A stretch of 64,000 nt of DNA from a bacterium (GTDB lineage Bacteria; Bacteroidota; Ignavibacteria; Ignavibacteriales; Melioribacteraceae). The notes under the pieces are model-generated. The model did not search any database, was not told the DNA's origin, and worked only from the letters and a program-made list of their open reading frames with translations. Both the position numbers and the translations under genes were made by a program. Below, piece after piece: positions 18,263 through 27,716 of the stretch. The stretch's first letter is position 1. Every line of letters starts with the position of its first letter. The stretch lies in the NCBI GenBank assembly GCA_027398005.1, contig DAHYUM010000001.1, forward strand, positions 203 to 64,202, in the 5' to 3' direction.

Positions 18263-19558
18263 TTATTTTTCGAGTAATTGTATTGCCCTGCCTACCAGGC
18301 CTGTAAACCTGCCTTCGTCAACAGGGGCATTCGGATTATTCCATCCGCACGAAATGGCATACCATTCGCCGCCGGATGAGCGAAGTAAATAGGTCATATT
18401 CATAACGCCCGGTTCAGAACCCCCCTTGTAGCCTATATAACTCCATTTCTCTTTCGAAATTCCAAGCCCCGGATTGATTGCTAAAATATTTCTTGTATGG
18501 TTCCCTTTTTCATTTTCGCTGTTAATCCTAATCCAGTTCATAACTGAGCAAAGGTCTTTGGCCGAGGCGAACCATTCAATTTTATCTATTAAAAGGGGTT
18601 GGGTCCAGCTATCAACTTTTTCCCGGTCAATTTTGCCCAGTACATCTGCAATAAATTTTCTTTTATCGGATGCATTAAGGTACCTTTCCGCCAGAGTCTT
18701 ATCGGGCGAGCCTTTAAGCTTGAACATATCGAGAGTGGCAAGGAAAGGGATATCGAGAGAAGGATTTGAATGCCCGGTTACCGGAAGCATTTTTTCTACA
18801 TTTTCCCTCCCCGCAATATTAAGAAGATTATCGGTTGCTGTATTATCGCTTATGGAAATCATTAAAGAGGCAAGCGATTCAATTGTCATATTCGTGCCCG
18901 GCTGCCATGAATGGAGAAATCCGCTTGGAAGCGACCTGCACTCCTCTTTAAGCTGAACTACATCGGCCCAGTTCCGTTTGCCTTCTTTAATGGTGCGGAG
19001 AAGTTCGCTTAGAATATATAATTTAAAGGATGACCCAATTGCCAGTTCTTTTTCGGGATTGTATCCGGCAATTGTATTGAATGAATTGCCCGTTAGTTTA
19101 ACGGCAAGAAGCGATGAAACGCCCGGAAGGGTTTTAAATTCCTTTATTAAATCGTCGAATGTTGAAGCGAGAATGACGGGATTGCCAAAAAAGAGTCCGC
19201 TTATTAAATAAGGCTCCTTGTTTTCAACAACCAAATCAACATCCACGGTAGAATTTTTCTCGAACAGGAACTGGAATTTGGCCGAGTAGTCGCTTTCTTT
19301 TTTTACCGTAATAATTTTGGTGCAGGCGCCGCACTGCCCGTAGTAATATTTAAAAATATAATCGAGCCTTTCGGGGGGAACCTGTGCGAGGAATGTTTTA
19401 TTGAAATATTTTTCGCAGCCGGCAGGGTTTGCAAACATCTTTTGAATAGCCTGCGCCTGTTTTTCAACGGGAAACTGCCCCCTTGCGGCGACAGTAAAAA
19501 GTAAAAATAATATTAATAAACTAATTCTTTTTCCTGATTTCAATTGAGCCTCCATCAA
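18263..19558 (-). CDS. Secreted class-A beta-lactamase-fold serine hydrolase with an extra N-terminal domain
   Basis: SxxK (SSFK), SDN (ISDNTA) and K-G-G (YKGG) motifs occur in the correct order. A signal peptide is present. The start overlaps the sialidase 3' end by 38 nt. Confidence 0.75.
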   Translation of the reverse strand: MMEAQLKSGKRISLLILFLLFTVAARGQFPVEKQAQAIQKMFANPAGCEKYFNKTFLAQVPPERLDYIFKYYYGQCGACTKIITVKKESDYSAKFQFLFEKNSTVDVDLVVENKEPYLISGLFFGNPVILASTFDDLIKEFKTLPGVSSLLAVKLTGNSFNTIAGYNPEKELAIGSSFKLYILSELLRTIKEGKRNWADVVQLKEECRSLPSGFLHSWQPGTNMTIESLASLMISISDNTATDNLLNIAGRENVEKMLPVTGHSNPSLDIPFLATLDMFKLKGSPDKTLAERYLNASDKRKFIADVLGKIDREKVDSWTQPLLIDKIEWFASAKDLCSVMNWIRINSENEKGNHTRNILAINPGLGISKEKWSYIGYKGGSEPGVMNMTYLLRSSGGEWYAISCGWNNPNAPVDEGRFTGLVGRAIQLLEK

Positions 19559-21086
19559 AATCGTTAAAATCTAATTTAAATATCTGTCCGGGCAGTTTAA
19601 CTTTTACAAAATAAATTTCGCCGTTCCCTTCGTACAAAAGCCCCAATGTTTTATCGTCAATTTTTGTAAGGCACGAATACCCGAAACATTCCCGTTCGTC
19701 TATTAAAACTGGGGCAATTTTATTCCATCTTTTCCCTTCGTCTATGCTGAACTTGACTGTGATGCTATCCCTATTCATTTTGCTTGCGGGGTTAGAAAAA
19801 GCGAGGAGCGAATTTCTTTTGGCTGGAATTTCGGTAAATACTCTTATAAAGCTTGCCATGCAGACCGGTTCAATTAATGCGGAGCGGGATGAATTATCTT
19901 CTTTCCAGGTTTTTCCCAAATCGGCTGTAACGGCAACGGAGCGGAATCCTCCCCGGTTATCGCGCATGTTAAGCATTAGGTCTCCGTTCTGAAGCTGTAC
20001 AACCTGCGCTTCGGTTGTATTTTCTTTAGCCCCGGTTCCAACTTTCCAGCTCTTGCCGCCGTCTTTGCTGTAGATAATTGTTGAATAGGGGATATTGGAT
20101 GAATCCTTGAACTGTGCCGGAAAAACAAGGGTGCCGTCGGTAAGTGAAATTCCATTGCCAGGCCCCTGAAAGAATAGATTCCAGTCGGGATTTTTAGTGT
20201 CCTTAGTAATGCTTACCGGTTTAGACCATGTAATGCCGTCATCAGTGCTGTTGACCAGAACAAGCTGGCCTGTTTCATCGGGGGAAAGCCCTTTTTTAGA
20301 ACCGTTCCAGGCTCTGTTGCCATGGCTCCAGAGGGCGGCAACCCATATAGTTCCGGTCTTCCGGTCAACCAGAATTGAAGGATCGCCGGCTCCGTTCAAA
20401 TCTTCCGGCTGCCCCATATCTATAATTTTCTGCATAGGAAGCCATGTTTCGCCGCCGTCTGTACTGCGGCTTAAGCCGACATCAATATTTCCCGGCAGGT
20501 CGCGGCAGTTATTATGCCTGATATCGTAAACAGCAAGAAGTGTTCCCCTGTTGGAAGAAACGAGCCCCGGAATGCGGAAGCATTTAACATCGTCATCCCC
20601 CGGTTTGCGGACAATTCTGCCGATGCGGTAGTAGGAATATTCTTTTTCGGGGCGTACAGTTTTACCCACTGTTTTTACATAAGCCACCCTTAATTTAAGA
20701 AGTGAATTAATGGACGCGCCTTCATTAAGTGCAACCGAAATTTTTATGGGGGAGGAATAATCCTTTAATTTAAGCCGTATGGTATTTCCGTTGAATTTGC
20801 CGGATGTGCAGAGCAATGAATCCGCTTTACTGTTTGATAAATAAGCCTGTACAGAAAAAATGCTTTTCTTGGTGAAACTGTTTCCGGCTTCAATGCCAAT
20901 CTCTATTATTTTATCTGCTTTTGTTCCATTTGCCGAAAGTGAAATGGTTTTAATAAAATTCCTTTCTGTTCCCGTGAACACGGGGTTGACCGGTGTTTTA
21001 ACTGTAATAGGGGAATGCGCAACATTAGATTGTGCGAATGAGAGAGTTGAGGCAAGAATAATAAAAAGCAGAATAGTTTTTTTCAT
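19521..21086 (-). CDS. Exo-alpha-sialidase (BNR/Asp-box neuraminidase) with an N-terminal accessory beta domain
   Basis: FRIPGL (the RIP motif) plus four Asp-boxes: SRSTDGGETW, STDDGITW, SKDGGKSW and TADLGKTW. A signal peptide is present. Confidence 0.9.
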   Translation of the reverse strand: MKKTILLFIILASTLSFAQSNVAHSPITVKTPVNPVFTGTERNFIKTISLSANGTKADKIIEIGIEAGNSFTKKSIFSVQAYLSNSKADSLLCTSGKFNGNTIRLKLKDYSSPIKISVALNEGASINSLLKLRVAYVKTVGKTVRPEKEYSYYRIGRIVRKPGDDDVKCFRIPGLVSSNRGTLLAVYDIRHNNCRDLPGNIDVGLSRSTDGGETWLPMQKIIDMGQPEDLNGAGDPSILVDRKTGTIWVAALWSHGNRAWNGSKKGLSPDETGQLVLVNSTDDGITWSKPVSITKDTKNPDWNLFFQGPGNGISLTDGTLVFPAQFKDSSNIPYSTIIYSKDGGKSWKVGTGAKENTTEAQVVQLQNGDLMLNMRDNRGGFRSVAVTADLGKTWKEDNSSRSALIEPVCMASFIRVFTEIPAKRNSLLAFSNPASKMNRDSITVKFSIDEGKRWNKIAPVLIDERECFGYSCLTKIDDKTLGLLYEGNGEIYFVKVKLPGQIFKLDFNDFDGGSIEIRKKN

Positions 21087-21148
21087 GGCCTATACTATGA
21101 TTGTTTTGAGTTTAATAAAGATAACAAAAGATTGCGAAATTGTGGATA

Positions 21149-21180
21149 TAAAAAAGCCCGCTGAAAGCGGGCTTTGAAAA
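21149..21180 (-). terminator. Intrinsic terminator downstream of the GNAT-like gene
   Basis: AGCCCGC-tgaaa-GCGGGCT stem with A- and T-tracts on both sides. Confidence 0.75.
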
Positions 21181-21185
21181 AACAT

Positions 21186-22310
21186 TTAAGCGAGGTTCTT
21201 TTTATAGCATCTTCTTCTTTTATGCTGGCGCGAATTATAAAAGCGCCACTGCGCCTGGATTTTGGAATTTTCCTCAAGCTCGCGGTTGGTTTCTACAAAT
21301 TTAATGTTGTTGTTTATAAACACCTTGTTCACTTCGTTAATAAGCATTGAGTTAACCCCCTTGTTCTGGAGGTCGCGTCTAACGGCAGTTAAATAAAGGT
21401 CGGCATCGGGATTATTCTTCATCGCGTTAAGTATATGAATGAATCCGAATGGGAAAAGGCTTCCGTTGGCCCTCTGCATTGCTTTCGAAAGGGAAGGCAT
21501 TGTAATGCCGAATGCGGCCACTCTGCCCTCTTCATCCAGAATAACGGGAACGTACCCCGGTTTAATAAAACCGAAATAAGCCTTTGTGTACATCTCAATC
21601 TGCTTATCGGTAAGCGATACGAATCCGTAAAGGTCTTTGTATGCGTCGTTTATAAGGTGGAAAATTTCATTTGCGTAGGGGAGGAGGTCTTTGGCCTTTT
21701 TAACCTCTAACATGCGGAGTTTATTCCTCTGTGCAACCACGTTTGCAATACGTTCCACTTTTTCGTTTAATTCCCTGGGGGTTTCAACATTAAACTCAAT
21801 CCAGTCAACATCCTTTGTATACTTAAGTTTTTCAATGTGTTTTTCGTAATAGGGGTAATTGTAAATAGCGCCGAAAGTGGAAAGCTCTTCGAACCCCTCA
21901 ATTAAAAGTCCTTCAGGGTCAAAATCGGTAAATCCGAGGGGCCCGTGAATATATTCGAGTCCTTTTTCCTTTCCCCATTTTTCAACTTCGTTAATCAATG
22001 CAGCGGCAACATTTTCATCATCAATAAAGTCAACCCAGCCGAAACGGATTGCTTTCTGGTTCCAGGTTTCGTTGAATTTATGGTTTATAATGGCTGCTAT
22101 TCTGCCTGCAATTTTCCCATCCTTATAAGCGAGCCAGTAACGGGCGTCGCAAAATTCGAATGCCGGATTTTTATCCTTGCTCAAGGTCTTAACATCGTCA
22201 AAAATCAATGGCGGAACCCAATACTTATTTCCCTTATACAATTCAAAAGGAAATTTTATGAATTTTTTCAAATCCCCCTTTGTAATAACCTCTTTAATGG
22301 TAATGCTCAT
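21186..22310 (-). CDS. Uncharacterised GNAT-like N-acetyltransferase family protein
   Basis: 374 aa. The N-terminus (FPFELYKGNKYWVPPL) and the later RRDLQNKGV (a Q/RxxGxG/A-like acetyl-CoA loop) fit a conserved FCB-group family. Confidence 0.5.
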   Translation of the reverse strand: MSITIKEVITKGDLKKFIKFPFELYKGNKYWVPPLIFDDVKTLSKDKNPAFEFCDARYWLAYKDGKIAGRIAAIINHKFNETWNQKAIRFGWVDFIDDENVAAALINEVEKWGKEKGLEYIHGPLGFTDFDPEGLLIEGFEELSTFGAIYNYPYYEKHIEKLKYTKDVDWIEFNVETPRELNEKVERIANVVAQRNKLRMLEVKKAKDLLPYANEIFHLINDAYKDLYGFVSLTDKQIEMYTKAYFGFIKPGYVPVILDEEGRVAAFGITMPSLSKAMQRANGSLFPFGFIHILNAMKNNPDADLYLTAVRRDLQNKGVNSMLINEVNKVFINNNIKFVETNRELEENSKIQAQWRFYNSRQHKRRRCYKKNLA

Positions 22311-22468
22311 CCGTCAGCTCCAAAAATTTCTATATTAAAGCCAAAAAATAAGCTTATTTATTAAATATGTAAACAAAATAAGGGGATAAATCGGATTTTA
22401 TATGAAGGGAATAATTTTATTTTTCTATAATGTAACCTTTAATTAATTTTGTTAGTCTTAAAGGGTGT

Positions 22469-23035
22469 ATGAAGAATTTAAGCGACATAGAGATAATAGA
22501 ATCGGTAAAAAGGGGAAATCAGGCTGATTTTGCACTTTTGGTGGACCGGTACAGCGGAAAAGCCTTTTCGATGCTTAAAAGGCTCCTCAAAAACCAGATG
22601 GATGCAGAAGAAGCGTTGCAGGATTCTTTTTTAAAGGCTTACCAGTCAATTGCCTCATTTAAGGGGGAATCTAAGTTTTCGACCTGGTTTTACAGGATAG
22701 TATATAATACCGCACTTACAATTTTAAGCGCCAAAAAGAGAAAAACAGAAAAAGAGATGGTTTCTATTGACGAGGAGTTTGAAATTGAAACGTTCGATAA
22801 TGAAATTTATGCAAAATCGGACAATGTGAACAAGTACCTTTTCGGAATGGTTGACCGGTTGCCCCCGCGCTATGCGCTTATTATAATTTTATATTATATT
22901 GACGATATGAGTTTGAACGAGATTAGCCAGATTCTCGGTCTTTCCCTTGTTAATGCAAAAGTAATGCTGCACCGTTCAAGAACGGCTTTGAAAGACCTGG
23001 TAATTAAGCATAATCTACAGGAGGAACTTACATGA
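22469..23035 (+). CDS. ECF-type RNA polymerase sigma-70 factor
   Basis: Region 2 (FSTWFYRIVYNTAL) and the region 4 HTH (MSLNEISQILGLSLVNAKVMLHRSR). Confidence 0.9.
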   Translation: MKNLSDIEIIESVKRGNQADFALLVDRYSGKAFSMLKRLLKNQMDAEEALQDSFLKAYQSIASFKGESKFSTWFYRIVYNTALTILSAKKRKTEKEMVSIDEEFEIETFDNEIYAKSDNVNKYLFGMVDRLPPRYALIIILYYIDDMSLNEISQILGLSLVNAKVMLHRSRTALKDLVIKHNLQEELT

Positions 23036-23550
23036 AAAAGAATATTGAAGAACTGATTAATAAATATCTCGATAACGAGCTTGACCCGGCAGGCGTTAAC
23101 GAGCTTAACAACCTTTTAACAGACGATGAAGATTCGTTAAAAGAGCTTAAAGCATATAAAACCGTTGAACACGCGTTGAGAGAAATGGAATTGGATGATG
23201 CTCCCGCCGGCACTACCCCGAGGGTTATGCACAGAATAGCAACCGCAAAGAAAGCGAAAAGTTCAAACTGGTTTTTCAAGGCTGTAATTTCCTTTTTTAT
23301 TACGGGCATTGCCGCTTCACTTTTTATCGCAATAAAGAATTATCACCCTTCGGATAAAGAGATTATACCCCAGCAGACAGTCGATTCGGTTAGCAATTTC
23401 ATAGGGGAAAAGACACATATATTCAGTTCCATTTTTTCGGGGGATGACGTTAAGCTTATAGGGACAGTTGTTACACTACTTCTTATTGTTACAGGCTACT
23501 TCATATTCGAGACACACAGGAATTTCAGGAATAAGCTAAAAAGCCTCTGA
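23032..23550 (+). CDS. Putative membrane anti-sigma factor
   Basis: ATGA-coupled to the sigma gene. It has an N-terminal helical domain (INKYLDNELDP) followed by two TM segments. Confidence 0.55.
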   Translation: MKKNIEELINKYLDNELDPAGVNELNNLLTDDEDSLKELKAYKTVEHALREMELDDAPAGTTPRVMHRIATAKKAKSSNWFFKAVISFFITGIAASLFIAIKNYHPSDKEIIPQQTVDSVSNFIGEKTHIFSSIFSGDDVKLIGTVVTLLLIVTGYFIFETHRNFRNKLKSL

Positions 23551-23764
23551 GAAGCTATTTAATCTATTCTGTGTACCAACTGTTGACGGATTCATTTAGA
23601 GCCTCACCCATACTCAAATCATTTTAATTACTGAATATAGCGCAGACAGTATTTGCTTCCTTAAAATGATGGCTAAACGTTGTTTATAATCTACGCTTTG
23701 AATTGTAGAGGGCTTTTGTTAACTTTTAATAAGTATAAAAAGTGCCTTAACTGGGTAGGCAACA

Positions 23765-24259
23765 ATGGCAAATTATGCTTTTATTGATGGTCAAAATCTT
23801 CATATTACTATAAAGAAATTGGGCTGGGAAATCGATTACAAGAAACTGAGAATTTATCTGCTCCGTAAGTACAATATTGAAAAAGCATTCTATTTTATCG
23901 GTTATCGAAAAGAAAACATCGATTTATATAAAAATCTTGAATATAAAGGATACTCGGTTATATTTAAAGAAACTACCCGGTTTCCCAATGGAACTGTAAA
24001 AGGGAATTGCGACGCCGAACTTGTTCTGCATGCTGTTTCACAATTGAACAGGTATGATAAGGCTGTAATTATAGCCGGGGACGGAGACTATGCATCTTTA
24101 GTTAAATATCTTTTACGTCATAAAAAATTGGGCAAGATATTAGTCCCGGATTTAAATAATTATTCATTCCTAATTAAAAAAGCCACACAAAGCCAATTTG
24201 CCTGTTTAGTAGCAGGAATAAACCAATTAAAAGAAAAGATAAAATTAGAAAGGATATAA
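23765..24259 (+). CDS. NYN (LabA-like) domain protein, putative RNase
   Basis: 164 aa. Motifs FIDGQNL, NCDAELVLHA and IIAGDGDYASLV match the NYN acidic-residue pattern. Confidence 0.8.
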   Translation: MANYAFIDGQNLHITIKKLGWEIDYKKLRIYLLRKYNIEKAFYFIGYRKENIDLYKNLEYKGYSVIFKETTRFPNGTVKGNCDAELVLHAVSQLNRYDKAVIIAGDGDYASLVKYLLRHKKLGKILVPDLNNYSFLIKKATQSQFACLVAGINQLKEKIKLERI

Positions 24260-24509
24260 AAGAAAAACGCCCCGTAAGCAGTTAACTTAAAGGACGTTTT
24301 TCAAAAATTCGAAATACTACCCGTAATATAAGGAATCCACTTTATTTGTCAAGGGGCTTTTGAGTATGTAAGAAGTGTTCAATCCACAATATCGTTTATA
24401 TTAAAATAAGATTTATTAAGATTAGAATATCACTCTTTGCTGAAGCAAAATTGCCTTTGCCCCCCGTTATAAATATATTTTCAATTCGTATTAATTAATT
24501 TGTGAGAAA

Positions 24510-25418
24510 ATGGATAGCAAATGCGGATATGTCTCAATAATCGGACTGCCGAACGCAGGTAAATCGACCCTTTTAAATTTGTTGTTGGGACAAAAGCTCT
24601 CAATTACTACAAACAAGCCGCAAACCACCCGTAAGAAGATACTCGGAATCCTTTCGGAAGAGAATTATCAGGTTATCTTTCAGGATACCCCCGGTATTCT
24701 TAATCCCGAATATCTTCTTCAGAAAAAGATGCTCGAATTTGTACATCAGGCGGTTAAAGATGCCGATGTGATTCTTCTTCTGCTGGATATTAGTGCCGAA
24801 CCGGAAGGGGAAAAGACCTTTGCAGATGAAACTGTTAAAAAAGTATTTCAGGATAAAGTTTGGAAGAAAATTCTGATACTGAATAAAATTGATATTGCCG
24901 ATGAGAACCTTGTAAACCGGCTTATAAAAAAATATGAAGCGGAAGGAGTGTTCGAAAAAGTAATTCCCGTATCCGCTCTTAAAGGTTTTAACGGCGATAC
25001 GGTCCTTAGTTCGATACTCGAACTGCTTCCGGCTCATCCAAAATTCTACCCTGAAGATTACATAAGCGACGCTCCCGAAAAATTCTACGTCTCCGAAATT
25101 ATTAGAGAAAAGATTTTTGAGCAGTATAAAGAGGAAATTCCCTACAGCGCCGAAGTTGTGATTGAATCGTTCAAGGAGCAGGAGGGGAGAAAGGATGTGA
25201 TTAGCGCAACAATAATTGTTGAACGGGAATCGCAGAAGCCGATTTTAATAGGTAAAAAAGGGGATGCGTTAAAAAAACTTGGGCAGGCGGCGCGCGCCGA
25301 AATTGAATCGTTTCTTGACAGGCCGGTATTTCTTGAACTTCGCGTTAAAGTGAAGGAAAAATGGCGCAGCGATCCGAAACTGCTCAGGTATTTTGGCTAC
25401 CAGGCTGATGATGAATAA
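24510..25418 (+). CDS. era: GTPase Era
   Basis: G1 GLPNAGKST, G3 DTPG, G4 NKID, and a C-terminal KH domain. Confidence 0.95.
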   Translation: MDSKCGYVSIIGLPNAGKSTLLNLLLGQKLSITTNKPQTTRKKILGILSEENYQVIFQDTPGILNPEYLLQKKMLEFVHQAVKDADVILLLLDISAEPEGEKTFADETVKKVFQDKVWKKILILNKIDIADENLVNRLIKKYEAEGVFEKVIPVSALKGFNGDTVLSSILELLPAHPKFYPEDYISDAPEKFYVSEIIREKIFEQYKEEIPYSAEVVIESFKEQEGRKDVISATIIVERESQKPILIGKKGDALKKLGQAARAEIESFLDRPVFLELRVKVKEKWRSDPKLLRYFGYQADDE

Positions 25419-26364
25419 TAATACCGGCGCTAAAACCCGCTCCTTTCTGGGGGAATTTGTTTTAATTGCAATTACAATTCTTTGGGGATGCACATTTGTA
25501 ATTGTTAAAAAAGCCCTGCAGGATGTTTCCCCTACCCTTTATGTTGCGGTACGCTTTACAATTGCGCTTCTATTTTTATTGCCCGTCTATCTCTGGAAAA
25601 GGGACAGGAAAGAAAAATTCATATCGTGGCAGGGAGCTTTTCTCGGACTGTGGCTATTCCTCGGTTTTGTTACCCAAACGGTAGGCTTAAGGCTTACTAC
25701 CGCCACAAAATCGGGCTTTATAACCGGCACATTTGTTCTATTTATTCCCTTCTTTCAGATATTCATAGAAAAGAAAAAGCCGGCGCGGGGCACAATAATT
25801 GGGATTTTCTTCGTATTAATAGGCTTGCTTTTCCTTTCGAGCAGCGGAAATTCCATCTGGGATTTTATTGTATCGCTGGGGAACGATTTTAACTTCGGCG
25901 ATTTTCTTACTCTTCTCTGCGCGGTATTCTTCGCGGTACAGGTGGTATTTATAGATAAATACAGCAAGGAACATTCGGTGCTTAATCTACTTTTCTCACA
26001 GCTGTTAACTGTTTCGGTGCTAAGCTTTATATCGGTATTTTTATTCGATGCCGCCTCCCTTGAAGCGATTAAATGGGAATTCAACGGATATATCCTGTTC
26101 AGTCTTTTATTTACAGCGTTAATTGCCACTTTAATAAATATCGGATTGCAGACGAGGTTCCAGAAATCGGTTTCCCCCTCTAAAGCAGGAATAATATATT
26201 CTTTCGAACCCCTCTTTTCGGCTCTTCTTGCCTTCTTTATCTTAAATGAAAAAATAGGTAATTTTGGATACATAGGAAGCATACTCATTTTCGCGGGCTT
26301 AATAATAGCCGAAGTTTACGATAATCTTTTTAATAAAAATGGAAAAGGATTTTCGAAGAGGTGA
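25393..26364 (+). CDS. EamA/DMT-family transporter
   Basis: About 10 TM helices in two EamA-like halves. The start is uncertain (25393, 25408 or 25411). Confidence 0.8.
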   Translation: MATRLMMNNNTGAKTRSFLGEFVLIAITILWGCTFVIVKKALQDVSPTLYVAVRFTIALLFLLPVYLWKRDRKEKFISWQGAFLGLWLFLGFVTQTVGLRLTTATKSGFITGTFVLFIPFFQIFIEKKKPARGTIIGIFFVLIGLLFLSSSGNSIWDFIVSLGNDFNFGDFLTLLCAVFFAVQVVFIDKYSKEHSVLNLLFSQLLTVSVLSFISVFLFDAASLEAIKWEFNGYILFSLLFTALIATLINIGLQTRFQKSVSPSKAGIIYSFEPLFSALLAFFILNEKIGNFGYIGSILIFAGLIIAEVYDNLFNKNGKGFSKR

Positions 26365-26623
26365 AATAGTAGTAAACGGCCTTGTTCAGGGGGTCGGCTT
26401 CCGTTATTTTGTTCTCCAGTCCGCCTTGAAACTTGGCTTGAAAGGATATACCCGCAATTTAGGCACGGGGGAGGTTCTAACCGTAGCCGAAGGGGAAAAG
26501 TACCTTATAGATGATTTATTCAGCAGGCTTAAAACGGGCCCCCGCTTTGCGGATGTTAAAAAAGCGGTTATTCTTTGGTCCGAATTTAAAAACGAATTTA
26601 AAACATTTGAGATAAAATATTGA
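26339..26623 (+). CDS. acyP: Acylphosphatase
   Basis: 94 aa with the acylphosphatase signature V.G.VQGVGFR. Confidence 0.85.
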   Translation: MEKDFRRGEIVVNGLVQGVGFRYFVLQSALKLGLKGYTRNLGTGEVLTVAEGEKYLIDDLFSRLKTGPRFADVKKAVILWSEFKNEFKTFEIKY

Positions 26624-27111
26624 AAAACAAATTTAGAATAGGCAACGGATACGATGTTCATCAGCTTGCCGAAGGAAGAAAACTATACATAGGCGGCATC
26701 GAAATACCCTCTGAAAAAGGACTTGTAGGGCACAGCGACGCCGACGTGCTTCTGCACGCAATCTGTGATGCTCTTCTGGGCGCACTGGCACTGGGGGATA
26801 TTGGAAGACACTTCCCTAATACCGACCCGGCATATAAAAATATAGACAGTAAACTGCTTCTTGAAAAAGTTTACGAGCTTATAAGCAGGGAGGGGTACGA
26901 AATAAATAATATTGACGCGGTAGTTGTGCTCGAAAGCCCTAAACTTGCCGGTTATATACCCGAAATGAGAAAGACAATAGCCCGCATTCTGGAATGCGAA
27001 GGGGAGCAGGTCTCAATAAAGGCAACAACGTCTGAAAGAATCGGCTTTACCGGCCGCGAGGAAGGAGCCGCCGCTTTTTCGACAGTTTTATTAATTCAAA
27101 AAGAAAACTGA
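26620..27111 (+). CDS. ispF: 2-C-methyl-D-erythritol 2,4-cyclodiphosphate synthase
   Basis: Motifs RIGNGYDVHQL, GHSDADVLLHA and DIG. The TTG start overlaps the acyP stop (TTGA). Confidence 0.95.
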   Translation: MKNKFRIGNGYDVHQLAEGRKLYIGGIEIPSEKGLVGHSDADVLLHAICDALLGALALGDIGRHFPNTDPAYKNIDSKLLLEKVYELISREGYEINNIDAVVVLESPKLAGYIPEMRKTIARILECEGEQVSIKATTSERIGFTGREEGAAAFSTVLLIQKEN

Positions 27112-27716
27112 TGCTTGAACAGATATTAACACACTTGAACAGTATCGATCCTGTGTGGATCTATTTTATTCTCTTTTTCTTCTCATTTATTGAAAATGTA
27201 TTTCCCCCTTCGCCAAGCGATGTGGTGGTAATAATAGGTTCCACCCTTATAGCTTCAACGTCGCTCGGATTTGCGCCGGTTCTATTTATTACAAGCATCG
27301 GAAGCGCGCTCGGTTTTATTTTGATGTATTACCTGGGCAAGCTCTTCGGCGAAAAAATACTCCGTTCGGGCCGGCTTAAATTTGTAGATGAACAGTCACT
27401 GTATAAAGTTGATGTCTGGTTCCGGAAACACGGTTATAAACTTATTCTTGCAAACCGTTTCCTTCCGGGCACAAGGTCGGTTGTAAGTTTCTTTTCGGGC
27501 ATGCACGAACTGCACCTGCTTAAAGTATTCATCTTCTCGGCAATTAGCGCTTTTATGTGGAACGCCGTAATTATCTATATGGGGATGAAACTGGGGCAGA
27601 ATGTAGAAAAAATTGATTCTTATCTTTCTGCTTACTCTAATATTATAATTGCCCTTACATTAATTGTAATTATATTTTTTGTAATACGGTATTTCTTAAA
27701 GAGAGGGAAGAAATGA
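27111..27716 (+). CDS. DedA/SNARE-associated family membrane protein
   Basis: Motifs ENVFPP.PSD and NRFLPGTRS. Confidence 0.85.
   Translation: MLEQILTHLNSIDPVWIYFILFFFSFIENVFPPSPSDVVVIIGSTLIASTSLGFAPVLFITSIGSALGFILMYYLGKLFGEKILRSGRLKFVDEQSLYKVDVWFRKHGYKLILANRFLPGTRSVVSFFSGMHELHLLKVFIFSAISAFMWNAVIIYMGMKLGQNVEKIDSYLSAYSNIIIALTLIVIIFFVIRYFLKRGKK

Noticed and set aside
22431-22458. ECF-type autoregulatory promoter look-alike (TGTAACC-N17/18-GTCT) upstream of the ECF sigma gene
   Set aside because: The -10-like GTC is only 11 nt from the ATG. The transcript would then lack the AAGGGTG RBS region, so the geometry is implausible.
24263-24301. Hairpin GAAAAACG...CGTTTTTC after the first NYN gene as a terminator
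   Set aside because: The stem is almost entirely A/T and the loop is about 23 nt. It is too weak to call.
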